NCBI GenBank assembly: GCA_002633005.1
Contig: NMRA01000068.1
Location: forward strand, 1,097,148 to 1,161,147
Source: Phoronis australis
Lineage: Eukaryota > Animalia > Phoronida
Length of the DNA: 64,000 nt
Direction of reading: 5' to 3'
This document shows, one piece after another, positions 50,772 through 62,904 of this stretch (positions are counted from its first letter, which is position 1; every line of letters starts with the position of its first letter). The position numbers were made by a program, and so were the translations under genes. The notes beneath the pieces are model-generated. The model was not told the DNA's origin, ran no database searches, and saw only the letters and a list, made by a program, of their open reading frames with translations.

Positions 50772-53610
50772 TTTATCACCGCCGCCGCGTAAAACTTCGG
50801 AGGGTCTTGTTTTTACTGTTCATTGGCCGCGCTCGAGAAAACTTCGCCGGTTCCGCTGGGTCTACCGGCAAAGTCGTCTCATTGATTCTTTAGTGATGAC
50901 GATTCCCCGGCGGCTTAAAGACCATTATTNGCCCATGGTTGTATCTCCCAAACCGTTTGCAGGATCTTTACTAAATTTAGCAAGTGTATTGATGTGATGT
51001 TGACAACGGACGATGACGACTTTAGGATGATTCTGACTACCGGTATGCCTCTAGTGGCAATTTTAGTATTTGCCTCTAGTGGCAATTTATAGTATTTTAC
51101 ATTGACCTCTGTATTTTCATAGGTCTTCAGGTGTATACTTTGTGTTACTTCGTGACTATGAAGGAAAAGTTCCAAGTAGAAATTTGTTTCTGGCATTCTA
51201 ATGCTATGCTAATCTCGTATGTTGGTAAATTCGTTTTTTTATTCTATGTTTCTGTGGTGCTTTAAGCAACTGGTGTATAGGATGTGCTTGTATTATGAAG
51301 ATTACTCACATTTTGCCCCTAGCCTATTGAGGAGACAATGACCATGCCTTTCCATTTGCTAAGTACAACATACTACATATATGCTCTCTACTGGCCACCA
51401 ATGGTACCAATAAACAACCCTAGAAGGATACCGTATGCGGTGCAATTGTGGGCGCATTTCAACGCTCTGCGTTGCTCTTGTTTTAACCGGCGGAATCAGC
51501 GTACTCAATCAAGCTTTGCAGTCGGTGGCAATAAACCCGCGTTCCTTCGAAGAAACTTTGTTTTGACTTCTACCCATGCATTTGGCGAATATGAGGACAG
51601 GTGACGCTAAACGACAACTTGTAGAGCCCGGTCTGAAGCAAAAACAAACTGTTAGTTGATTATGGAAAGCCAATTAAGCGGAAAATTACAGAACGCACAT
51701 TTTCTATGCAAGGTTAAAAGCAGGCCAAAAGATTATATCTTTACTCGTCAGGACCAAAAAGTCAGCAAAATCATTAAGAAATTAACTGTCCCAAATTCTC
51801 ACTGATGGTCTCCTCTACTCTTTACATCAAATGCCAATGTACCGGTACACTAACGACACGGAGTGAAAGACGTCCACATGTTCGTGCTCACGAAGTCTCA
51901 TGGCATGATTTTTATGCCGTCATCTCTGTCTGGGCGTCCGCAGCTGTATCTTTTAAATACCTTACGAGGATCTTGATGAGATTTGACGTGTGTTTCTATG
52001 AAGATGACGAATTTCGGACCTCTCCGACACTTATAGTGATGTGTCCCCCCCGTTAGTGGCAATTTTTTTACGCTTACCTCTGTACCTTCGGAGATTCTCA
52101 ACGGATTTTCAAAATTTGGCAGTTTAGTAGGCATCTATTACTGAGATGACGCTATTCTCCCGTTTTCGGTTGGATTCGAGGTACTTTGCGCTACCTAGTG
52201 GCCGTTTTTTTACTGTTTTCGAGTCGCTTTTTGGCGTGCGCCCTTCTGTCAACTAAACTGCTCTCTAGGGGTGAGTGGAAATTGGTATTTTATTATGTTC
52301 TTACTGTGAACGGCGGCTGACGATGATTTTCCGACGACTTCAACTACTGTTGCACCGCCTAGTGGCAGTTTTGTTTGGTTTTGCGCCCATGGCTGTATCT
52401 CCTAAACGTTGTAGGCCTACAGGATCTTTATTGAATTTTTCAAGTGTATTTATGTGAAGCTAACAATGCAGTGGACGACGCCTTTCGGATGGATCAGACT
52501 TTCGGTGTGCCCGCCAGTGGCAATTTTAGTTTTTTTACGTTTACGGCTGTACCTTCAAAGATCCTCGACGTATTTTCATAAAATTTGACAGGTAGACATT
52601 TCTTATTGAGATGACGCCATCCTCTTGTTTTCGGATGGATACGATGTAGTTTGCGCCACCTAGTGGCCATTTATACTGTTTTCGAGTCTTTTTTTAGGCA
52701 TCCACCCCTGTATCAACCAAACCACTTCAAGGAGGTGAAAATTGGCATGTATGTTCTTGCTATGAAGAGGACGGCTGACGATGATTTTCCTTCCGACGAT
52801 TTTGACTACTGCGTGGCCTCCTAGTGGCCGTTTTTTTGTTTTTTTTTGCGCCCATGGCTGTATCTCCTAAACCGTTTGCAGGATCATTACTAAATTTAGC
52901 AAATGTATTTATACGATGTTGGCGACTGACGTCGACAACTTTTGGACGGATCTGACTACCGGTCTACTCCTAGTGGCAATTTTTTACGTTTACTTGTGTA
53001 TCTTCAAAGGTCCTCCCTCAATGGATTTTCATAAAATTTGGAATATAGGCATCAATGGTGAGATGACGCTATCCTCCCGTTTCCGGATGGAATTGAGGAA
53101 TTTTGCGCCACCCAGTGGCGAATTTTGCCGGCTGTTTTCGATTTTTTGAACGTCCATCTCTTTATGGATGTTTTTTTAAAATTGGCGTATAAGATCTCAG
53201 TGTGAAGAGGACAATGACGACTTCTACGACTGTAGATGTAGTTTTGTTTTGTTATGTTTTGCGCCCATAACTATATCTCCTAAACTCACTGCAGGATCCG
53301 TTTTTATTAAATTTAGTAAGTGTATATATGAAGCTAACTATAGACGACGATTTTCAAGTGGATCCAACGAACGCTATGCCCTCTAGTTGCAACTTCATTT
53401 TTTCGTTTTCCTTTGTTTCTATGAAGTTCCTTGACAGATTTTTATGAAATTTGATTAATAGCTTTCTATTAAAGAAGCGATGACATGGTCCCGTTTTCGG
53501 ATGGATTCAACGTTTTCCGTCATCTAGTGGACATTTTTATGATACAAATAAACAATCCTAGAAGCACATTGTTTGCGGTGCATTCGTGGACGGGATAAAT
53601 TATAGGTCTT
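50772..53610 (+). mobile_element. Helentron/HINE-like element with an internal ~150-bp tandem array (3-monomer, ~460-bp higher-order unit), interrupted at about 51120-51900
   Basis: tttatcaccgccg...gagggtcttgtttt start; ctagtggc-type motif every 141-163 bp; gcccatgg.tgtatctcc.aaac at about 50931, 52385, 52850 and 53263. Confidence 0.7.
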
Positions 53611-54505
53611 GGCATGATAAATTCTGGTTTTGATTTGTTTTTTTTTCTTGGTCCTGCAGAGTGTTCAATACTTAAATAGACGGAAATGACGTGTACAGGA
53701 TTTTTTCCTATGTGTGACTTTCGATAATTCATTTCAAACCCAGAAGTCACCTATTTTGGCTAAGGATCAGCAGGACCAAATTCATGACAGTAAGCGGTCT
53801 AAATAAAAAGGTGTACATTTTTTGTCACGGAAGCAGTCGCATAGCCGGTTTTAATGCATTACATCGAAACTTTTTGTGTCGCTGCTAAACTGAACAGCAA
53901 TCCGTGGCATATGGATAGGCATGGTTTGAAGCTACAGTTGAGAGGCTAAAATAGCAAATTCATCTGAAAAAATTCAATATTATCAACGAATCACTGGACA
54001 AATTGAGCCTGGTCTCGGGGTATTTCGAAGAATGGGTTTAGCAGGTGTGTTCTTGCTGAAAATCGCGAATTTAACAAAAACCAGCTTCTAAAATGAAATA
54101 GTTTTTAATTTAGAATGCTTTTACTTATCTTAAACAATAAACTTTTTATTTTTTTTCGGTTTTAAAGTGACAGTAATCGGCGACATTTGATCATAAATAA
54201 GATGAACAAAGTATTCAAATTACGGTCCCTTTTCAAGTGTTCCATTAAGCGCCGGACGGGTGCGTTCTGTAGACGTGAGGACCTCGAGAAAACGCAGGAT
54301 CACGTGAGATATCGCGAAATATCGCCACTTATCAGAGACCTATTCGTTGGTGCACGTACTAGCAAAGCGTATGGTGATAGCTTCTTCCGCGTGATTCATT
54401 TGGATTGGGTTCACGAACTGACCCTGCGTCCTTTCCAGTGTTGTTTGCATAAATGTAATTTGTAATAAGTTCATGACGTAGCAATGGTGATATCAAGTCA
54501 GGAAT

Positions 54506-54788
54506 CAGGGGCTGATCCAGGATTTTGAGTTAGGGGGTCACAGGGCACAGATTAACCAGAATTTCGGCAGATGCGCGCGCCCAGCCTAAAATGTGGGGAC
54601 ACAGAGGCCTCGAATGTTTGGGGTTGCGGACTTGTTGACTAAAAAACGGGGTTTGTTCAGGGCCTATGCATAGTTTATTCACCCCCAACGAGCCCCTGCT
54701 TGCGCGCACCCGAACTACCAAATGGTATCTGGTAGAATTTTAGGGGGGTCATGGCCCCCTTGCCCCCCCCCCTCTAACTCCGCCACTG
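54506..54788. mobile_element. MITE with 5-bp TSD
   Basis: ggaat|CAGGGGCTGA...TCCGCCACTG|ggaat; perfect 5-bp TSD and imperfect TIRs. Confidence 0.85.
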
Positions 54789-56481
54789 GGAATAATTGTC
54801 AAAAATACAAGATAGTGGGTAAATGTTGTGAACAGAATACTCGAATTGATACATTTGATGGTGAAAGGCATGGGCCACTGAGTCAACTCCGCCGCTTCGA
54901 GACTCGGAGACTGGGAACGGAAACGAAACACAAAAACCACTTAAGCCAAATTTCAAGCGAAACATTTTTGAAGAAAGTGGAAAGTTTTGTCACTATGATA
55001 TTTTTATCTCTTTCAAAAAAGACACGCGGTCTGACCGTTACTTTGACCACCATCTTGGATTTAAATATGGCGGGAGTGCAAATTCACTCAGTTCCAAGGG
55101 GACAACAAAATCACTAAAATTTAAAGGAAATCAACACATTTTTGCGCCCTGCATATTTTACATAAGTTGTTTATGGTAAGAAACAAACAAATTTGTTGTA
55201 TAAATTAATTGTAAGTTCGGAAGTAGTTTTATATTATTGTTTAGATTTATGCGCGGCATCGCCTGATTCTGTTAATTAAAAATGATTTGGATTTTTATTA
55301 CGCATTGTATCAAAACGTTGCAAGCAATACTTTATAATTCGAGGAATATGGTTGCCTGTCGCCGGAAATGGACAAAAGCGTTTAGATAATGATTGCGGTG
55401 CGGATGTCGAAGTATCAAAAATGAAAGCGCTCTGACGAGCGATACGCTTGGCTAAATCGGCCACTGCAGAAGTTGAAACAACGACGTCAACGCCAATCAC
55501 CCCAACCCAACGACGATACCAGCCGACGGCGACCTTGTGAAACCTACGACTCCAATGCCGAAAGTGACGCCGCCGTAAACCACAACATGCACTCAGTCAT
55601 TGCCACTGCCATTCATCGCCAACCGTCGTCAGTATCATGCCCGGCAGTGATAACAACGATTGATCCTGACAACGCCGACGAGCTGACAGCGTCCAGTTTC
55701 CGACAAAGCCCGGAAGTCGACAATGGCGTGCCGGCAACAATTAACGTAGCCGACGTCAATGGCACCGATGCTAACGGACGATGCGTTCGTCAACAATGCT
55801 GTCACCGACGAAGAGGACGACGGCGGCTTTACATACCCATAATCTGGTACAATAAGCGTTTTCAGCGACTGTTCGTGACATTTTAACGATCAACTAGGGT
55901 GACTGTGATATGGCGAAAACGATAATGGCCAATACCATGATGACAACTAACTGGAAACGCTACAAAATTGATTAAGGGTTAAATTGTTATACAACGCAGG
56001 CCAATCAACAAGAAATCTGTTAACGAAAGAACAGTCGTTAGAAAATTGTGACGGTTTAATGTGCAATTTCTCAATTTTGAAAGACGAGTACGTTAGAAAA
56101 GCTTCACCAGCAGGTCACTCGTCACAAGCACGTTTTAGCCTCAGTCCTGCTAAAGCAAAACACATTTAATAGATTGAAATGAAGACTAACGACATAGGTG
56201 ACTTAGATTATGAACATAGCAAATTAGTCATGTTTTTCACCGGCCTACCACTGCATGAGTCGCATCAAAGTGGCAGCTACAATCCAAGATGGCGGCTACT
56301 GCTGTCATCTGATCGTGTCTCCCGAACTTTTTTGAAGTGAAAAATCTCGGAAAATTCAGGAGTGGTAAAACTTTTACAATTTCCTCAAAAAGTGAACGAT
56401 TTCAACTTATTTGACGACACTGAAAGAAAAATATGTACTGGGAAGCTGCCGGCCACGAAATCTACTAAATGCGTATGTGGG

Positions 56482-56632
56482 CATGGGCCGCGCACCATAG
56501 GGGGCAGGGGGGGGGGGCTATAGCCCCCCACTTTTTTCAGTGCTACGCCGCACATGGTCTATAGGCGGTGTACCACGGGGAGGCTGAAGGGGCTTTAGGC
56601 CCCCATTTTTTTCAGCGCTGAGCCGGCCCATG
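56482..56632. mobile_element. CATGGGCCG-family MITE
   Basis: Perfect 9-bp TIRs CATGGGCCG/CGGCCCATG; a related fragment lies at 63944-64000. Confidence 0.75.
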
Positions 56633-57473
56633 ATGGAGCGTTACGTTTGGTTTTGTTGGGATTTCATTCTAAAGTGTATCACAACACGAGAATTTTTCTC
56701 ATCAAATGCTTTGTATTAGCCATTACAAAACAACGGAAAAGCACAGCCAACAACCGACCTCGGATGTTCGGGAATCTAGACCAAAACATTTGCAAATTTC
56801 ATGTTGCCACCCACAGATACGTCGTGCCAGCCGTAGACATGAGGTGCCGCAGATTTAGGGCCAAGATACCGGGGAGATCGTGGGATGACATTTGAAGGTG
56901 TCGTGAACAGACCAAGTGGAAGTGTAATCTTGCGCCAAAATAGTCTATAACAAACAGTCATCGGATATTCGTGCCTTCTATTTTTGCAACAACTTCTGTA
57001 TCGGCTCATTTACAGCTTCGATAAAATCTAGAACATGCAAATTTAATAGACATATTTCAATCCATGATTCGTTTTAACCTTACTTGTGCGTAATGCCCGC
57101 TGCTTTTAGATGAGCGATTGAATAGTCGCTGTGCATGCGATCTTACTGACCAGCCACACATGTGAAAGATTCTTTGTACGCGACTGACGACAAATCTTAT
57201 AGTGAGAAATTTATTCGTCCTACGAGTTGGATTAACGTTAGTCTCCACATAGATACCAAGTTGCAAAAAGTTGGTTTAAGGCTTAAGACAATTATACAAA
57301 CTTATGCACAATATTCGTAGGTATGTATTCAAGACCGTTGCAAAGCAGTTCGGCTGTGTTACTCAGTGCTCCATCAAATTCAAAAGGAATTGCGTGCAAA
57401 TTGCCACTGCGACAAGCACCTTTTTGTCACAACAATTTTGTTTTTTCGTTTACATCGCCACTTGCAAAATAGT

Positions 57474-58235
57474 TCACATGCTTAATACACTACTAATCTC
57501 CTCTAAAGGCTCATTGATTATCACTTCTCCTTTGACCTGATGTTTTAAGTTCGCAAGTTGTTGCACTAAATCGGTAAAAACGAACTCACTTATTAATTTC
57601 CTAAACTCTTCACCTGTCAAACCGCCTTTTCGCTTCACTTCGTTCACGGCAGAGTCCGTGTTCTTTGCTTCGGCAGGTGACGGTTTTTGTTTATGAATTA
57701 AATAGTCACGCAACGAAAAAAGTGCCAAAAACTTTGCAGGTGCGTTATCTCTGATGACACATTTTGCGGGGGCAGATTTACTGGGCATTTCCCGGGAAAT
57801 CTTCCGGCGTTCTTCACTGATCGCTCCTTTCTTGTGGCGCTTTATCGGAACCCCGAACGCGGTTGTCGCTTTCCAATCATTTTCACGTTCCTTTCGGACG
57901 TCTTTTTTCATTACTGCTTTTCCTGCTAAAATCTTTTCTCGGTTTGCTTCCAGCCATCTTTGAAAGGCCACCTCCTCCATATCTTCTCGTTTGGCCGCCG
58001 CTCCCGCAGTACTTCTTCTTTTACGCCATCCCGGGGACGTGAAGATTATTTGCCTCTTGGGCGTGTCTGCGGCCTTGTAGTTGTCCAACAAGTGTAATAT
58101 TGGGCCGTCCGATAAACTGATTGCGTGCACTTGTTTGCCGTCAATTGAAGAGCGAACGTCAGCCCATGTCTGACGATTAAAAAGAACGATCGTCCATGCT
58201 ATGAAGGGAAAGAGATACTTGGTCACGTAACTCAT
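57474..58235 (-). CDS. Orphan secreted prohormone/neuropeptide-precursor-like protein, 253 aa
   Basis: gcaaccATG start; signal peptide MSYVTKYLFPFIAWTIVLFNRQTWA; multiple KR/RKRR sites; 762-nt open frame; acceptor at 58267 just upstream; AATAAA at 57215-57210. Confidence 0.75.
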   Translation of the reverse strand: MSYVTKYLFPFIAWTIVLFNRQTWADVRSSIDGKQVHAISLSDGPILHLLDNYKAADTPKRQIIFTSPGWRKRRSTAGAAAKREDMEEVAFQRWLEANREKILAGKAVMKKDVRKERENDWKATTAFGVPIKRHKKGAISEERRKISREMPSKSAPAKCVIRDNAPAKFLALFSLRDYLIHKQKPSPAEAKNTDSAVNEVKRKGGLTGEEFRKLISEFVFTDLVQQLANLKHQVKGEVIINEPLEEISSVLSM

Positions 58236-58869
58236 GGTTGCAGTTACTATAACGCCAGCAACGTCTCTGCTTGAAGAAACAAACGGCAAAACGACGAAGT
58301 TGGTCGAAGCACTGGGTTTTCTGGTTTTATCTGTGGACTTTATAAAGATCTGGCAATCAGCCGTTGACTAATTAATTAAGAAATGTTGGGGTTTCCGGTT
58401 ACTCAACGGTTACAAATGAATGAATTATTAATTTTAAGAATCACCCTGAGTATAAGTAGATTAATTTGTACGATGCCGTGTAACGTAGAAACTGGTTGTA
58501 GGCAGATTCACTAAGTATTTCGCCATAGATTAAAATGTGAAATGATCAGGCTGATTTAGGGTCTAGAGACTAAGATTCTGCGATTAAAAGGTTGATTTAA
58601 ATTCACTACTGCAAATAAACTAGTAATTTTGAAACGAACAGGTTGCAAGCAGGGTAATGATCATTTGACAAATATACTTTCAAACACGTGAAAGTAACAA
58701 CCAAGCTGATTCAGGTTAACTACTGAGCAATTGGCAACGTCTTATTAAAACATGAGGCTGCAAGCAGGTTAAAATATACTTAAACTTGAAATAGAGGTTT
58801 TAAAGTTCATCGAGTATATCGAAAAATGAGAAATACCAAACGGCTGTTGTATGAACCAAGAATCAGTTT

Positions 58870-59125
58870 CATGCGCACACGCAGCCTTAAATATGGGGGC
58901 TCGAATTTCTGAAAATGTGGACATTTACTTTAAAAAACTGTGGACCTTTTACTAAAAAATATAAAAAAACGGGGTGCGTTCAGAGCTATGAATTGTGCAT
59001 TCGTCGAATTTTGGTAGTTTCTGACTTTTGCATCTTCTTCGACTTTTTCGGAATTTTTGTTTCTCTGAGGCGGTCCTTTTTGCCCACTTCGCTAAATGGG
59101 GGCTTGAGTCCCCCCCGAGTTTAGT
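58870..59125. mobile_element. CATGCGCGCACCC-family MITE, one end decayed
   Basis: catgcgcacacgcagcc...gggggctcgaatt...ggacctttt; reverse-complement similarity to 19330-19550. Confidence 0.65.
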
Positions 59126-59425
59126 GTCCGACACAGCTCAGAAAGTTGATGGGGTTTAATTCATTCGGGCCCACTTCTAACCACTTAGAAAGCTTAATTA
59201 AACTGTTTTAATGACTTTTTAAAACCGCTCTGAGGTGGTGGCGTGACGATGGCCGAAGAATAGACAGATCGAAACGTAGTGACAGTGTAAAGAGACAAGA
59301 GGTCGGTGTAAATAAACCAAGAGATTTTAATAATATTTGTAAACTGTTTTAGTCTTAAAGGGACGTTGTCGTTTTTACGCCCATTGCCTTCCAGACATTC
59401 ACTGAAATAAAGCCAGTTACTTTAC

Positions 59426-59545
59426 CAGAGTACTCTGGCGCTTATCACGTTGGTTTTAGCTCGCTAGCTGAACGTTTGACTATTACCGCGAGCCAGTGTT
59501 CTGGGTCCGATTCTTCGTTGGGTCTGATCCACCTCAGAAAATCAC
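59426..59545 (-). other. Candidate 5' non-coding exon of the prohormone-like gene
   Basis: CTG|gtaaag donor at 59425; TTTTATA (- strand) near 59570; CRE-like TGACGTAA at 59903. The 5' end is approximate. Confidence 0.4.
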
Positions 59546-60579
59546 TTCTCTCGCCCCTGAAATGTCGCTATAAAAAGCCATTAAGAACTTAAAATGCATT
59601 AAGCACAAATTTGGCCGAAATGTTTCTTAAAATGCTTCAATTGAAATTCAAACATGTCAAACCAAACACAGTACTGCCTTATCCGTTTAAAAAGAAAGAG
59701 CGTTACATGTAAGACCAACGTTTTCAGTGGGCCATTACCGTCCACGTCCCCAGTCCAACTATCTATTTGATTTTGACGTTGCGTGTCCCAGGCCTAGGAT
59801 GAACCAAAAACGATAACTCCAGAAGTGTTGCTAACTACAGTTACTTTTGTGAACTTAACTTTCAAAAACACACATAACAACATGATGACTACCTGCATCA
59901 GATGACGTAACATTTCATTTTGCGTGACAATCGGAAGTTGTCACTCGTCAATTTCGTCTAATGCATGGAAAGAGCACATTTTTAGACTAAACTTTATATT
60001 GGTGTTCGTGTGACTCTACGCCACCACCCACACGTGTACCATACCCCGGATGCCGGTCGATCACTGACATGCTCCCTACTTCTGTAGGACTACAACAATA
60101 ATACTCAAGCGGGTGTTGCTGAGGTGAGCATTGCTGTAAGAATCAACGCCGTTTAAATTACCTGTGATTTAGGGACACTCCCATAAATCACTAACAATTT
60201 TAAAATTACTCGTTATTTGGGTACACATCCTGGCAACATTAATTGTAGTTGTTCACCAGACGCGGTTTGTCCTGAATTATTCATTGATATGTAGGGTGGG
60301 TGTAGCACGTACATGTTCGACTTTTTTCTTCAGATTTATTTATATAGCGATATAGATAGGCAAGTCCATACATACAGCTGTTTTCTCAGTATCTCTTAGT
60401 AATAAGACTTATCCGACTAATCTTTCGACAGATGCACTCTGTCGGTAAGGGAAGTCTGGAGAAAAAGATGATGTCCAAAGAGAGCAACATCAGAGGGCGC
60501 AACCTGCGCTGTCCGACAACATGACTCAGTGAGTTCTGCGGACGCAAGAATCTCGCGAAGGAAGCCAGCTGAACCCGTG

Positions 60580-60706
60580 ACTAGACTACACACGAATAGT
60601 CAACAAGGGGGTCGACATATATGGAAACCCAGGGGCCGATGAGACCCTTGAGGGGTCGATAATAACCAGGGGTTCGATTGGGGGTCGGGTCTCGGTGCGC
60701 GACTAA
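60580..60706 (-). mobile_element. Short Helitron/Helentron-like non-autonomous element
   Basis: - strand starts ttagtcgcg, carries repeated cgacccc motifs and ends gtctag|t. Confidence 0.4.
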
Positions 60707-62058
60707 TGGAAGAAGTACAATATTGAACGGTGCGGAGCCTTCAAGATTAGCTGGACCAGTGAAGGCGAAAACCTGGCTTGCTGTCAACAGTCTTGCAAAC
60801 TACTGGACTAATGTGATGATTATATTCGTATATCCGAATTAAAGCTTTAGGCTTCAGTCCAGTCATTTCTGCTCGCGTTTCCCACTTCCTGCATGGAAGA
60901 ACTTACGGTAGCGGATTTAGCCACCAACTCTAATAGGGGCCTACTATTTCGGTGAACTTCAACCGAGTACCTGGAGGATCGAGGTGAATGCGGACTTAGT
61001 AAATGGCCAAAATAACTTTTGGACATGTTAAATACATGTATATTATTGGTCAACACAAGTGTGTAATCTCTTCGTTTACTCCTGACATGATTAACTAGTA
61101 GGGCCGTGCCAGGTTACACAGCGTCGCTGGAATTCGCTCCGGCACCCACAACTGCCGTAAATATTTGCCAGGCATATTTGCTGCCTCATTTTCGTGCCAC
61201 TGAAGTTTGTTGTTGGTTCTTTACATTTTTTTTCTCCGCTGCATTACTCCATTCGTCCTTCCAATACCAATGAATACTGCTTGCTGTGGGCTGCAACTGC
61301 GACGTGAGAAAGTTTGATGAACTGGAAATTTTTCGCCTTCCCGACATCAATGACACACGAAAATGTCCCTGAGTTTCAAGACTCGGTCACTCGCTTTCTT
61401 ATTTCCAGGATAAAGGAGAGTTCTATCGCCGTGTATTTCGGGACGGCCCTCACAATCGGGAACCCCATTTAGCGCCGAAAAAAATTTAAGTGGCGCTCAT
61501 ACTAATTGACGCAAATGACGCCATCTTTGTGACACTGAGGGGTGCAGCCCTTTGTCATTGGCGGTGGCGGGTGCAGATTCCAAATCGCAGAATTTCAAAA
61601 TTACGTCTGCCTACAAGAAAGTTGTTTAATTAAATACAACGACACAGATCTTGACACTTTCACTTGCATGGAATATCCTACGTAGTCGCCGTGCCACGAT
61701 AGCGTGGCCGGGCGTCAGTCTTCGAAGTTAGAGGCGTGGTCCCAACAGTCAAATGTTAATGTTAGCCTAGTGTAGTAGTTGCCATCAGGGTCGTCCATCT
61801 CACTAACTGGTGGTTGATTAAGAGCTGTATGTTAAAAAGAAATTATTTATTATTCTTACTCTATCTGATAACAGGGGGTCGACGACAGAAAAAAATCATA
61901 GGGGTTCAAAGTAAAAAACGTTTGCGACCACTGATATAGACCGTTAACGAGACTATACAGCTCTCTCTTCAGGCTCACGATTGGTCATCAGAAATAACGC
62001 CGAGTAGGCCTAACTAACAACAAAAATGGCGCAATGAGTTCTTCCCAATGACATTCAT

Positions 62059-62228
62059 CATGCGCGCACCCAGGGCCCGGGGGGGGGGCTCCGTCAAATG
62101 AGCCCCCCATTTGGTGAAGTTTGCAAAAAGGTCCGCGCCCATATTTTTTTTAGTCTGCCGGCTATTTTCATTACCAAAAGGTCCACAACGTTAGGAATTC
62201 GAGCCCCCCCCCTGGGGGTGCGCGCATG
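62059..62228. mobile_element. Intact MITE with 5-bp TSD
   Basis: ttcat|CATGCGCGCACCC...GGGTGCGCGCATG|ttcat; perfect 13-bp TIRs and perfect TSD. Confidence 0.92.
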
Positions 62229-62619
62229 TTCATTGATTTAAAATTGTTCTATTAAAAATTCCTTTACCCTTTTGTTCGTCACGGTGAACATTCAATATTA
62301 CCAGGAAGAGATAACCAGGAAGGGACAACTGTTTTAGCGCATTTTAACGTGATTTCAAACGTGATTTCAAAAGTAAATGTTCAAGTTATCTGAAATCCAA
62401 GCATTATTTTTGAAAGATTAACTCTTTAGCTATAAAATGACACCACTTTGGTACTCAAAGACTGCATATTACTGGCACTGGGATGCTTTGAACGTGACAT
62501 GTTTACCCTTCCAAAAGATGCTTCTTCCCAGGCATGTACTCGGACATGAGCCTCTTTTTTGAACCAACAGATGTCACTAACATATGCAAATGAGGCTCGC
62601 ATCGCTACGTCATACGACG

Positions 62620-62904
62620 TCATACGGCGCGAGCTTCCAATTTGAAACGTCAGGTGCCTATAGTGTACGACTTGAAACGCAGTAATCTACTTGATCGGGT
62701 ATATCCTAGTATGATTCCAAGAAAACTAAGAGCTCACCCAAGTCAATGTTCAAAGAACATTTTCATACGGCGCGAGCTTCCAATTTGAAACGTCAGGTGC
62801 CTATAGTGTATGACTTGAAACGCAGTAGTCTACTTGATTGGGTATATCCTAGTATGATTCCAAGAAAACTAAGAACTCGCCCAAGTCAATGTTCAAAGAA
62901 CATT
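62620..62904. repeat. 143-bp tandem duplication (2 copies)
   Basis: catacggcgcgagcttccaatttg...caaagaacatt at 62621 and 62764, with about 5 substitutions. Confidence 0.95.

Noticed and set aside
57474-58235. Calling the precursor a motilin/ghrelin or glucagon/PACAP orthologue
   Set aside because: Only loose pattern similarity (IFTSP; amphipathic helices) and the precursor layout does not match; no gene symbol is justified.
59243-59316. Penelope-type hammerhead ribozyme (gTGACGA...GAAAC, followed by AATAAA)
   Set aside because: The core lacks the invariant C of CUGA and stem II pairs poorly; at most a dead relic.
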